A stretch of 64,000 bases of DNA from Occultella glacieicola. Its GTDB lineage: Bacteria; Actinomycetota; Actinomycetes; Actinomycetales; Beutenbergiaceae. Shown here one piece after another: positions 28,165 through 36,756 of the stretch. The number at the start of each line of letters is the position of its first letter. Within the stretch, counting starts at the first letter, position 1. The position numbers and the translations under genes were made by a program. Where the stretch lies: the NCBI RefSeq assembly GCF_004353825.1, contig NZ_SMNA01000007.1, positions 1 to 64,000 on the forward strand, in the 5' to 3' direction. Below the pieces are notes generated by a model. It had not been told where the DNA came from. It saw only the letters and a program-made list of their open reading frames with translations, and searched no databases.

Positions 28165-30276
28165 TCAGAAGGGTGGTTCCTCGTCGGGGTCCGGGGGTGG
28201 TGTCGGGCTGTGGTAGCGGGTCTTGCCGTGGTTGGCAGGGAGGTGGAGGTCACGGTGGAGCTTGGTGATCCTGCCGTCGGGGTCGCGTTGGTAGGTGTGT
28301 CCGGTGGCGGTGTGCCAGGTGATGGTGCCGTCGGAGGCGCGTTCATAGGAGAACTTGCCGTGGGTCACCAGGATGTGGTCGCGGCGGCACATCGGGTCGA
28401 GATTGTCGTCCCTGGTGGGCCCGACGGGGTAGGGGATGCGGTGGTTGAGTTCGGTCTGGCGGGCGGAGGCGGAGCAGCCGGGGCTGATGCAGTGGGGTTC
28501 GTTCGCCTTGATCCGATCGATCATGTTCTGGGGTGGGTGGTAGCGGGTGATGCCGTAGTCGACGACTGTGTCGGTGAGGGGGTCGGTGACCAGCCGGGTC
28601 CAGGTGCCTCCGGCGGCGATCGCGGCGGCGACGTCAGCGGGGACGGGGCCGAGGTGTTCGATGTTGCCGGGTTCATCGCCGCCGAGCAGGGTCGACAGCG
28701 GCACGTGGACCACGATCTGGGCTTTGTGTCCGCCGAGGATCCCGATCGGCCAGGTCCTGGGTGCGCCACGGTCGGCCGGGACGGCCAGGTTCGGGTCCCC
28801 CGGTCCCGGGCCGTCGGCGGCTCCGGCATCGGCTCCGGCTCCGGCATCGGATCCGGAATCGGCATCGGCCCCGGCACCGGCGCCGGGTGCCGAACGTGCG
28901 GCACCCGCGCCGACCACCGAATCGGTGTCAGTGTCGGTGTCGGGTTCGGCCTCCGGCTTGGGGTCGGGGTTGGCCTCGGGCTTGGGGTTCGGGTCGGCCT
29001 CGGGCTTGGAGTCGGGTGCCGGGGCAGGGTCGGTGGGGGTCGATGTCGGGCCGCGTCCGGTGTCGCCGCTGATGGGTACCGGGTGGTCGGCGCTCGTCGG
29101 GTCGGCGGCCGGCGCGGGTGCGGTGATCGTGCTCGCCGCGGCGCCGACGGGCTGCTCGGAGACGGTGTCGGCGGTGGAGGCGGTCGCCGGGTCACCGGCT
29201 CCGGCGGTGTGGTCCGGCGGCGCGGGGTGGGGGCCGATGCGTCCGGTGGTGAGGTGGTGGGCGGCGAGGTCGGCGAGGATGTCGGGGCGTAGTTGTTCCA
29301 GGGTGCGGGGGTCGCCGGCGGCTTTCGCGGTCGCGGCGGCGGCGTCGAGGGTCAGATCCAGGGTGAGGGCGTCGGCGGCGGGCCAGTACAGGGTGTGGGT
29401 GGCCATCCCGTCGGCGACCATCCGGGCCCGGGACACGTACCGTTTCTGGGAGGCGTTCCGGGCGCGTTGGGTCAAGTGGGCTGGGTCGGCCTCGGCGACG
29501 GCGGTCGCGATCTCCTTCTGCAGGCGGTGCCGGGTCCACCCGGATGCTTTGGGCAGGATCTGGGTTTGCACGGCCAGGGCGGGCTCGGCGTCCAGGACCG
29601 CGACCGCGGTCGCGATCAGGTCGGCCTTGACCGCGTCGATGGCCCCGGCCGCCAGCGCGTCCCCGGTGGGGGCGGCGATGGTGTCCTGGAGGTGTCCGAC
29701 GTTGATGAGCCGGTTCGCTTCTCGTTTCGAGCAGCCCAACCGCGGGGCGATCTCCTCGGCGGCGATGCTGGTACGGAAGTTGGTCCTGCGGTCCAGCACG
29801 GCGGGTTTGTCCATGCTCATCGGGACCCGCCCGGCGAGTTCCGCGGCCGCGGCCCTCACCCCGGCCGCACACACCGATTCCAGCTGCCGCCATAGCGCGG
29901 CCAGCTCCACGAGGTCGTACTCGTCGACTCCGGACAGGTCCCGCACCGGCCCGTGCAGGCGTTCCAGCTCCGACAGGGTGAACGAATCCGGCACCGCCCG
30001 AGCGGCCAGGGCTTCCAGGTTCACCGGTGCCATCTCGGTGGGGTCACCGAACCCGCCCTCGAGTCCCTCCGGGTCCTGAGGGTCGACGACCGGCGCCTCG
30101 ATGGCCCGGTCGAACAAGGCGTAGGTGGCCTCCAACCAGGCCGGGTCGGCGGCTCCCGCGGCTTCCAACCAGGGTGGGTCGGTGGCCAGGTCGGACTCGC
30201 CCCAGGGAAGGGTGTCGGGCTCGCCCCGCTCCCCGGGCCCACCCCCGACCCTGTCCCCACCCCCAGCCTCGTACAT
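28165..30276 (-). CDS. DUF222 (13E12-like) HNH endonuclease
   Basis: DPRTLEQLRPD, HCISPGC, ELNHRIPY, NLDPMCRRDH and terminal EEPPF. Confidence 0.88.
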   Translation of the reverse strand: MYEAGGGDRVGGGPGERGEPDTLPWGESDLATDPPWLEAAGAADPAWLEATYALFDRAIEAPVVDPQDPEGLEGGFGDPTEMAPVNLEALAARAVPDSFTLSELERLHGPVRDLSGVDEYDLVELAALWRQLESVCAAGVRAAAAELAGRVPMSMDKPAVLDRRTNFRTSIAAEEIAPRLGCSKREANRLINVGHLQDTIAAPTGDALAAGAIDAVKADLIATAVAVLDAEPALAVQTQILPKASGWTRHRLQKEIATAVAEADPAHLTQRARNASQKRYVSRARMVADGMATHTLYWPAADALTLDLTLDAAAATAKAAGDPRTLEQLRPDILADLAAHHLTTGRIGPHPAPPDHTAGAGDPATASTADTVSEQPVGAAASTITAPAPAADPTSADHPVPISGDTGRGPTSTPTDPAPAPDSKPEADPNPKPEANPDPKPEAEPDTDTDTDSVVGAGAARSAPGAGAGADADSGSDAGAGADAGAADGPGPGDPNLAVPADRGAPRTWPIGILGGHKAQIVVHVPLSTLLGGDEPGNIEHLGPVPADVAAAIAAGGTWTRLVTDPLTDTVVDYGITRYHPPQNMIDRIKANEPHCISPGCSASARQTELNHRIPYPVGPTRDDNLDPMCRRDHILVTHGKFSYERASDGTITWHTATGHTYQRDPDGRITKLHRDLHLPANHGKTRYHSPTPPPDPDEEPPF

Positions 30277-30284
30277 GCGTTCTA
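30269..30284 (-). promoter_or_regulatory. LexA SOS box overlapping the DUF222 start codon
   Basis: TAGAAC-GCAT-GTACGA versus consensus TCGAAC-N4-GTTCGA (2 mismatches); adjacent TAGTGT -10. Confidence 0.6.
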
Positions 30285-30390
30285 CACTACGCCGTGATCT
30301 GACGATCCGCAAGATTTCAACGAAAATGTGGACAACCGGGCATCAGCGCACACCCTGTGGACAGGCCACCCTCGCCGTTGACGGACGGCC

Positions 30391-31980
30391 TCACCCAGTA
30401 CCCCGGGAGGCGCCCGCCGCCGTCCGGGTCGCGATCAGCGCGGCCACGCAGGCCGCGCCGGCGAGGATCGCGAACGTGGTCGGGTAGGAGCCGGTCACGT
30501 CGGTGAGGAAACCCGCGGCCCACGGCGCTACCGCCATCGCCAACATGTTCGGTGCGTTGAAGATCCCGTACAGGGTCCCGAATCCCTCGGCCCCCCACCG
30601 GTCACTGATGGCGGTCGACTGGAGCAGCGTGAACGCCCCGCGGACCACGCCCAACGCGATGGCCGCGCCGATCAGGGCCGAAGCCGGTCCGGGCAGCAGG
30701 CCCACGGCAGCGATCCCGAGGCCGGCGACCGCGAGCGTGCCGGCGGCCCGGCTCACCGCGGTCGTGTGCCGGGCGAGGGGCGCGTACCCCAGCCGTCCCA
30801 GGAGCTGGCCGGCGCCGGACAGTCCCAGCCCCCACGCCGCCGCGGTCGCCGTCAGACCGCGCCAGGTCAGCATCGGGACCAGGTGGATGGTCGCGGCGAA
30901 CATCGCGAAGGCGCCCAGGGCGGTGGCCGCGGTCAGTAGCACGAAGGAGCGTGAGCGGGCGATCGCGTGCCAGCCCTCGGACCGGCGCCGTGCCATCCGG
31001 GCGGTCCCGGCGCTCGGGCCCCGCCGCGGGGTCGGCGGGAGGGCGCCGGCGCGGTCGGTCAAAGCGCCCTCGGGTGCGGACGCGGGCTGGTCGGTCGGGT
31101 CGAGCGCCCGGTTCTCACCGTTCTCGGGTGCGGACGCGGGCTGGTCGGTCGGGTCGAGCGCCCGGTTCTCACCGTTCTCGGGTGCCGTCGCGGGCTGGTC
31201 GGCCGCGTCGAGCGCCCGGTTCTCACCGTTCTCGGGTGCCGACGCGGACTCATCGGGGTCGAGCGCACGGTTCCGATCGTCCTCCGGTGCCGGCGGGACC
31301 TCGGCCGTCGGACCGGGCGTCCGGTCCCGACCGTGGTCCGGGCGGGCCAGGTCGGGCTGGTTCCGGTGCTCGGGCGGCCAGGGCGCACGCAGCCCGACGG
31401 CGTGGGCCGGGATCGTGGTCACGGCCAGGAGGGCGGCGAGCACCAGATAGGTGCGCCGCCAGCCGATCTCCTCGACGAGCGCCGTCGTGAGCGGTGCGAA
31501 GATCGTGCTGGACAGGCCGGCCACGAGGGTCACCGTGAGCAGGGCACGGGTGCGGGTCGCCGGGCCGAACCAGCGCGTGATCGCCGTGAACGCCGGCGCG
31601 TACAGGACCATCGACTGCGCCAGGCCGGCGAGCACCCAGCCGCCCACGAACCAGGCGAACTCGGGTGCCCAGGCGATCACGACCACGGCGACGGCGCCGA
31701 GTGCCGAGCCCGCCGACATCAGCAGCCGTGGCCCGTGCCGGTCGATCACCCGGCCGACGGCCACGCCCGCGAGGGCAGCCACCACGAGCGCGGCGGAGAA
31801 CGCCGCCAACGCGGGCGTCGCTCCCCAGCCGGTGTCGGCCGCGATCGCCGCGAGCGACACCAGGAAGGAGTAATAGAGGACACCCCAGCCGACGATCTGG
31901 GTCAGGCACAGGACCCTGACCACGCCCCACGGCCCGGTGCCCCCGGTCGCGGGCGTCGCCGATTCCCCGGTGCGGTCCAC
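30391..31980 (-). CDS. MFS transporter
   Basis: TQIVGWGVLYY, GRVIDRHGPR, about 12 TM segments; GTG start after TAGGTT. Confidence 0.85.
   Translation of the reverse strand: MDRTGESATPATGGTGPWGVVRVLCLTQIVGWGVLYYSFLVSLAAIAADTGWGATPALAAFSAALVVAALAGVAVGRVIDRHGPRLLMSAGSALGAVAVVVIAWAPEFAWFVGGWVLAGLAQSMVLYAPAFTAITRWFGPATRTRALLTVTLVAGLSSTIFAPLTTALVEEIGWRRTYLVLAALLAVTTIPAHAVGLRAPWPPEHRNQPDLARPDHGRDRTPGPTAEVPPAPEDDRNRALDPDESASAPENGENRALDAADQPATAPENGENRALDPTDQPASAPENGENRALDPTDQPASAPEGALTDRAGALPPTPRRGPSAGTARMARRRSEGWHAIARSRSFVLLTAATALGAFAMFAATIHLVPMLTWRGLTATAAAWGLGLSGAGQLLGRLGYAPLARHTTAVSRAAGTLAVAGLGIAAVGLLPGPASALIGAAIALGVVRGAFTLLQSTAISDRWGAEGFGTLYGIFNAPNMLAMAVAPWAAGFLTDVTGSYPTTFAILAGAACVAALIATRTAAGASRGTG
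31069..31290. repeat. 54-bp tandem repeat x4 in the MFS central loop
   Basis: Units start at 31069, 31123, 31177 and 31231; encodes APENGENRALDPTDQPAS. Confidence 0.9.
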
Positions 31981-32116
31981 GGGACGTGAACCTATCGAAG
32001 TGCGATCGGGCGTCGGTCGCGGCCCGTCCGGCACCGCCACGCGGCCGCTGCCGGCCCTCGCCCAGCCGGCCCGGGAGATCCCATAGGCTGACGGCAACAC
32101 AGGGGAGGGGCGCCGG

Positions 32117-32971
32117 ATGCTACGCGTGACGCTGCGGGGGTCTGGGGTGCCGACGGTGGTGCTCGGCAGCGGCGACACCCTGCTCGTGGGCCGGTCCCCG
32201 GACAGTGCGCTGCCCGAGGTCGACGCGGACACCCAACTGCATCTGACCGCCCTCGCGCTGCCCCGCGTCGCGCCGCACGTCTCCCGCGTCGTCGGCGAGG
32301 TGCAGGTCGGCGACGAGGTCGTGCGGCTGCGCTGGCGCGGCAGCACCGGGGCCCAGCTCTCCTCCCTTTTCGACGCCCCCGGTGGGGCCCGCCGGGTCGC
32401 CCTCTCCGAGGGCATGGCCGCCCTGTTGGACGAGGGCGAGAACCACCTGCTCATCCTGCGCGGGCGCCAGACGCCCACGGGCTCCTTCACCGACCTGGTG
32501 CTCGTCGTGGACGTCGAGGAGGTCCGCGACGAGCCCGCGCCGGTGCCGCTGGTCGCCGAGGGTGATCCCGACGGCGCCGCGACCGCCGACGCCCCGCACC
32601 TGGAGCGCTGGTCGCGCGAGTGGTACGTCGCGCTGGCCCTCGCCGAGCCCTGGCTGACCGGCGCGGACGACTACCCCCGGCCGCCGTCGAACCGGGAGAT
32701 CTACGAGCGGATCCTGCACTGGCGCGGCCACGCCTGGAACCTCGAACGCGCGCAGCGCGTGGACGACGCGATCCGCTCCGTGGCCCGCCTCGCGTTCGGC
32801 CCCGACGACGACCCGTTCACCGTGACGGAAGGCCGCGTGCAGAACGTGCGGTTCGCCGTCGGGCGCCGTGCCGCGGAGGTACGACTGGTGACGACGGCGG
32901 ACCTCGAGGCCGTCCACGAGGCCCGGTCAAGGGGCGCCGGTCTCAATCCCGAGGCTCCGACCGCGCCATAG
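32117..32971 (+). CDS. Probable FHA-like plus C-terminal HTH regulator
   Basis: LLVGR...PHVSR beta-rich N-domain; ALAEPWL...PPSNREIYERI...RVDDAI helical C-domain. Confidence 0.5.
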   Translation: MLRVTLRGSGVPTVVLGSGDTLLVGRSPDSALPEVDADTQLHLTALALPRVAPHVSRVVGEVQVGDEVVRLRWRGSTGAQLSSLFDAPGGARRVALSEGMAALLDEGENHLLILRGRQTPTGSFTDLVLVVDVEEVRDEPAPVPLVAEGDPDGAATADAPHLERWSREWYVALALAEPWLTGADDYPRPPSNREIYERILHWRGHAWNLERAQRVDDAIRSVARLAFGPDDDPFTVTEGRVQNVRFAVGRRAAEVRLVTTADLEAVHEARSRGAGLNPEAPTAP

Positions 32972-32980
32972 CGGCGGAAC
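32804..32980 (+). repeat. 177-bp direct repeat, copy 1
   Basis: Matches 34239-34415 with about 7 substitutions. Confidence 0.95.
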
Positions 32981-32986
32981 GTTCGA

Positions 32987-33144
32987 ATGGCCCAGAAGGC
33001 CCAGGAGGGCGCCGACTGCGCGAGGATGAGGCTCGCGGTCAAGGCGCTCCGCGCGACGAGTTGGACCGGCTGGGCAGCCGCGTTCGCCAACATCCTCAAG
33101 GCCGCCTCGGCGTCGAAGGCCGTCAGCGGCGACTCGCCGTCGGT
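32987..33144 (+). pseudogene. Internally deleted copy of the 5' part of WXG gene 34960
   Basis: Aligns to 35002-35243 with 15-nt and 66-nt deletions plus substitutions. Confidence 0.9.
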
Positions 33145-33481
33145 CTCGTCCCGATCTACGACCATGGGTGCACCTCGGGCGCGACGGAGCGTTTTCGGCG
33201 ATCCCTTCCCGATGGTCGACGCATTCGTCCAGGGTCCGCGATGCACGCGACACGGTCCGCGAACGGCGAGATCAGCCATAGCGCATGACTCGAGCCGCGT
33301 GCCGCCAGTTCCTCACGGAGGACTCGGATCGCCTTCGGCCCGACCCATGAATGTCCAGGAGTTCTGCTTCGGGCAACTCGGTCAACTGCTCGCAGCGTGT
33401 GATCCCGTTGACGGCCAGTTCTCGCGGGGCTGCCCAGTCGGCGGGGGTTGTCGTCGCTCCCGAGGTCGCCAGCGGTGGGGC

Positions 33482-34042
33482 TCAGTGACCGACGACGCCC
33501 TGGATCTCCACCATCACCTGGATCGCGGCGATCGTCTCCCGCTTCTTCAGGTTCTCCACCTTCTCCGGCCCGCCCAGCGAACGCAGCGGCACGAAGGTGA
33601 ACGACTGATCGTAGGGCAGCTCACCGTGCGCCTCCACGGCCCGTGGGAAGATGCCCCAGTTCAGCGTCCGGGACAGGTAAAACGTCCCCGCAATCTTCAG
33701 CATCTCTAGGAACCCGTTCAGTTCGCTGTTGAGACCAGCGACACGACCCTCACGGTACTTGATGCCCACGAAACCGACGCTCGGCTCCCACGTGATGAGG
33801 TCGGCAAGCCCCGTCACCATGATGGGAATCGCTATGCCGTCCCCCTGGGTCTTGCCGATGCATTCGGCCAGCTCCGTCTCGTACACGGCGGGGTTGATCA
33901 CGCGTAGGAAGCCCGATGCGAAGGTGCCGTACCCGTAGGTCTCCCACAGGTCGATCACGTCGTCGGGAACACGGCCCCGGTAGGCCTCGATGACCCCCGG
34001 TTCAACCGGTCCGTGCGGCACGAAGTCCGTAATCTCGATCAT
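33482..34042 (-). CDS. GAD-like/DUF1851 (Tdi1-type) toxin immunity protein
   Basis: YRGRVPD-LWETYGYG-F-GFLRVINP; F-FVPL-LGG-EKVENL; visibly lower GC than the flanks. Confidence 0.82.
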   Translation of the reverse strand: MIEITDFVPHGPVEPGVIEAYRGRVPDDVIDLWETYGYGTFASGFLRVINPAVYETELAECIGKTQGDGIAIPIMVTGLADLITWEPSVGFVGIKYREGRVAGLNSELNGFLEMLKIAGTFYLSRTLNWGIFPRAVEAHGELPYDQSFTFVPLRSLGGPEKVENLKKRETIAAIQVMVEIQGVVGH

Positions 34043-34051
34043 GGTCCCACC

Positions 34052-34125
34052 CTATTAGAGGTGAAGGTTCATGAAGATGGCGCTGAGGTCGACCCCTGGG
34101 TTCTGCCGTCGTGAAGTCGATCACC
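34052..34125 (-). pseudogene. Remnant 3' end of a toxin gene (Ntox15/Tde-like tail)
   Basis: Reads RQNPGVDLSAIFMNLHL-TAA-TAG just upstream of the immunity ATG; frame is broken further upstream. Confidence 0.45.
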
Positions 34126-34238
34126 GCCGGAGCAGCTCCGCTGAGACCAGCTCCATCCGTCCGAGCACTCGGACGCCGCGCCCGGCCGCGGCGGCGACCA
34201 CGTCGCCGTCGGGGTCGCCCCAAGGTGCGCCCGGTCCG

Positions 34239-34415
34239 GACGACGACCCGTTCACCGTGACGGAAGGCCGCGTGCAGAACGTGCGGTTCGCCGTCGGGCG
34301 CCTTGCCGCGGAGGTACGACTGGTGACGACGGCGGACCTCGAGGCCGTCCACGAGGCCCGGTCACAGGGCGCCGGCCTCAATCCTGGGGCTCCGACCGCG
34401 CCGTAGCGGCGGAAC
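34239..34415 (+). repeat. 177-bp direct repeat, copy 2
   Basis: Duplicate of the 3' end of gene 32117 and the start of the operator. Confidence 0.95.
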
Positions 34416-34463
34416 CTTCCACCCCCTGTTCGCTGGCTTGCGCGGCGGCGGCGCTCCTAGCGT
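34411..34463 (+). promoter_or_regulatory. GGAAnnTTCC-ACC operator promoter (site 2)
   Basis: GGAACCTTCC-ACCCC, CTGG at +13, TAGCGT after 37 nt. Confidence 0.8.
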
Positions 34464-34509
34464 CGAAGGCAGGTCGGCACCTCGTCGACGAAGCCTTCAG
34501 GAGGACACC

Positions 34510-34788
34510 ATGACGTACGACCGCTCGCAGTTCTACGGCATCGACCCCGAGTACTCCCGGGACGCGTCCCGGAACATGGATACCGGCGCCCAGGATCTCA
34601 AGTCCATGGTCGGCAACGTCTCGGCGATGCTCGACTCCGTGCTCTGGATCGGGCCCGCCGCGGCCAAGTTCAAGCAGGACTGGGACGGCTCCCTGCGGCC
34701 CGAGCTCGAGGCCGCCACCGACTCCCTCAGCGAGAACGCCGCCGAGCTGCGCCGCCGCGCCGACCTCCAGGACGAGGTCTCCAGCTGA
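34510..34788 (+). CDS. WXG100-family protein (92 aa)
   Basis: Central WIGPAA, helical hairpin pattern, RBS AGGAGG. Confidence 0.88.
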   Translation: MTYDRSQFYGIDPEYSRDASRNMDTGAQDLKSMVGNVSAMLDSVLWIGPAAAKFKQDWDGSLRPELEAATDSLSENAAELRRRADLQDEVSS

Positions 34789-34810
34789 CCCCACGGGCCG
34801 CCGTCGGGCC

Positions 34811-34863
34811 GGAAGTTTCCACCCCCACGGCGCTGGCCCCGGCCACCACCGGCTGCCTAGCGT
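34811..34863 (+). promoter_or_regulatory. GGAAnnTTCC-ACC operator promoter (site 3)
   Basis: GGAAGTTTCC-ACCCC, CTGG at +13, TAGCGT after 37 nt. Confidence 0.8.
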
Positions 34864-34959
34864 CATCGACCAGCAGCACCGGCGGCACCGGCAGGACCGG
34901 CAGAGTCCGCTGGGCCGCACCCCACACCAGACCAGACCGACAGCAGAAGGGAGTTTCCG

Positions 34960-36234
34960 ATGAGCGGGTTCCAGGGCGCCGACGTCAGTGGCCTCGACGA
35001 GATGGCCCAGAAGGCCCAGGAGGGCGCCGACTACGCGAAGATGATCGCGAAGGCGCTGAAGCTCGTGGTCAAGGCGCTCCGCGCGATGAGCTGGACCGGC
35101 TGGGCGGCCGCGTTCGCCAACTACCTCGAGTTCACCGTCATCCCGTGGATCGAGACCACCGGCGAGGCGCTCGAGCGGTTCGCCAACATCCTCAAGGCCG
35201 CCTCGGCCCTGCAGAAGGCCGTCAGCGGCGACTCGCCGTCGGTGTCCATCCCGGCCAGCGCCTACACCAGCCCGACCATGCCGGCCGGCACGGCGGTCAA
35301 CCCGCCGATGCTGTCCGCGCCGCTGCCGGCCATCTCGAACTCGCAGATGCCGACCGGGGCCGCCGGCGACGGCGCCGTGGTCATCACCCCGACGGGCGTC
35401 GGCAGCCGCTCCAGCTCGCTCGGCAACACCGGCGCGAGCGGCGGCGGCGCCACGATCGTCACTCCGGACGGGCTGACCATCCGGTGGGACGGCGCAGGCA
35501 CGCTCGGGCTGTCCACCGGCGGGTCGGCGGCCGGCTCGACCGGCCTGCCCGCCGCGCTCACCACCCCGGGCGCGGCCTCGGCCGCACTCGGCGGTGGAGC
35601 CGCGGCGATCGCCCCGGTGGCCGCCGCGGCACTCACCTCGGGTGGCGCTGCTTCCGGCTCCGGCCCGACGGCGGCCGGTGGCTCGGGCAGTTCGGGCTCG
35701 CTCGGCGCCGGGTCGCTCGGGTCGACCGCATTCGGGTCCGGCTCGGGCGGCGGGTCCGGCTCAGCTGGCGGGTCCGGCTCGGGCGGCGGCCTCGGCTCGG
35801 GCGGCGGCTTCGGCTCGGGTGGCGGCGGGCTCGGCTCGGGTGGCCTCGGCTCCGGCTCGGCCGGTCCCGGCGGCTCGACCGGCTCCGGCGGCGCGAGTGG
35901 ATCCGGCGGTTCGACCGGCGCCGGCTCGACCGGCTCCGCCGCGGGCCTGGGCTCCGGGTCGCTGGGCCGCGGTGGCCCGAGCATCGCCGCGGGTGACCCG
36001 GCCACGTCGTCGGCTCCCGTCACGTTCGGCGGCGTCGGCGGGTCGAGCATCGGCACCGCAACCGGCGGGTCCGCCCCGATCCTGGGCGCGGACACCGTCT
36101 CGGGCGGCTCCTCGACGAACCCCGCCCTCCTCGCGGCCCCGCTCGGGCTCGCCGGACTGGGCACCGCGGCACTCGGTGCCCTGCGCCGGAGGGACGGTGA
36201 TCTGCCCGAGGGGCTCGATGACGACGAGGACTGA
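34960..36234 (+). CDS. WXG-like N-domain with a long Gly/Ser stalk and C-terminal membrane anchor
   Basis: FQGADV, WTG, LKAASALQKAVS, (GSGG)n, hydrophobic segment followed by RRR. Confidence 0.75.
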   Translation: MSGFQGADVSGLDEMAQKAQEGADYAKMIAKALKLVVKALRAMSWTGWAAAFANYLEFTVIPWIETTGEALERFANILKAASALQKAVSGDSPSVSIPASAYTSPTMPAGTAVNPPMLSAPLPAISNSQMPTGAAGDGAVVITPTGVGSRSSSLGNTGASGGGATIVTPDGLTIRWDGAGTLGLSTGGSAAGSTGLPAALTTPGAASAALGGGAAAIAPVAAAALTSGGAASGSGPTAAGGSGSSGSLGAGSLGSTAFGSGSGGGSGSAGGSGSGGGLGSGGGFGSGGGGLGSGGLGSGSAGPGGSTGSGGASGSGGSTGAGSTGSAAGLGSGSLGRGGPSIAAGDPATSSAPVTFGGVGGSSIGTATGGSAPILGADTVSGGSSTNPALLAAPLGLAGLGTAALGALRRRDGDLPEGLDDDED

Positions 36235-36354
36235 CCCGTACGACCAGCGGGACGGCGCCGATCGCCGGCCGCGAGCACGACCAGCGTCACCGCTACAACC
36301 AGATCCGAACAACCACACCGCTGACCTGACTCAGCACCGACGAAAGGACACATC

Positions 36355-36624
36355 ATGAGCACCACCGTCTACGGGATGGACATCACCGCCGCGCGCGACC
36401 TGGTCAGGGTGATGAACTCCGACGCCGACGTGATCAACCAGCTGACGGCCCAACTGACCCAGCAGCTCGAGGCGACCCCCTGGTTCGGCCCGGACGCGCA
36501 GCGGTTCACAAGTGACTGGCAAGGCCAGTACGTGCCCGCCCTGCAGAACGTGGTCCAGGCCCTCCAGGAGAACGCGACGATCCTCAGCCAGCAGGCCGAC
36601 GACCAGGAGCGCGCCTCCTCCTGA
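36355..36624 (+). CDS. WXG100-family protein (89 aa)
   Basis: YGMDI, WFGPDA, LSQQADDQERASS; RBS AAGGA. Confidence 0.9.
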   Translation: MSTTVYGMDITAARDLVRVMNSDADVINQLTAQLTQQLEATPWFGPDAQRFTSDWQGQYVPALQNVVQALQENATILSQQADDQERASS

Positions 36625-36659
36625 CCCGACCCCCGCCGTCCAGCACGGCGGGCCACGGC

Positions 36660-36696
36660 CGACGGCCGGCTCCCCTCCCCCGGGAGCCGGCCGTCG
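36660..36696. terminator. 15-bp perfect hairpin between convergent genes
   Basis: cgacggccggctccc / gggagccggccgtcg; a second 8-bp hairpin at 36632-36652. Confidence 0.8.
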
Positions 36697-36756
36697 TGCT
36701 GTCCGGCACGCCGTCGACCGCTGGTGATCCGCCGGCGGCGGTGGCAGGTGCGCCCC

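Noticed and set aside
30284..30305. PafBC/RecA-NDp promoter for DUF222
   Set aside because: CGTCAG-N9-TAGTGT deviates in both sequence and spacing from TGTCGG-N10-TANNNT
30327..30364. Replication origin
   Set aside because: Only two boxes, no AT-rich unwinding element and no dnaA/dnaN
25996..31290. Tandem repeats as a CRISPR array
   Set aside because: No unique spacers, the repeats are in frame inside genes, and no cas genes are present
32987..33709. 240-aa ORF as a functional gene
   Set aside because: A deleted WXG fragment running into non-coding-looking sequence and the antisense strand of the immunity gene
32804..34415. IS or transposon between the direct repeats
   Set aside because: No transposase or terminal inverted repeats; the repeats are host gene sequence
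36100..36234. Sortase LPXTG anchor
   Set aside because: Hydrophobic and basic tail present, but no LPXTG precedes it
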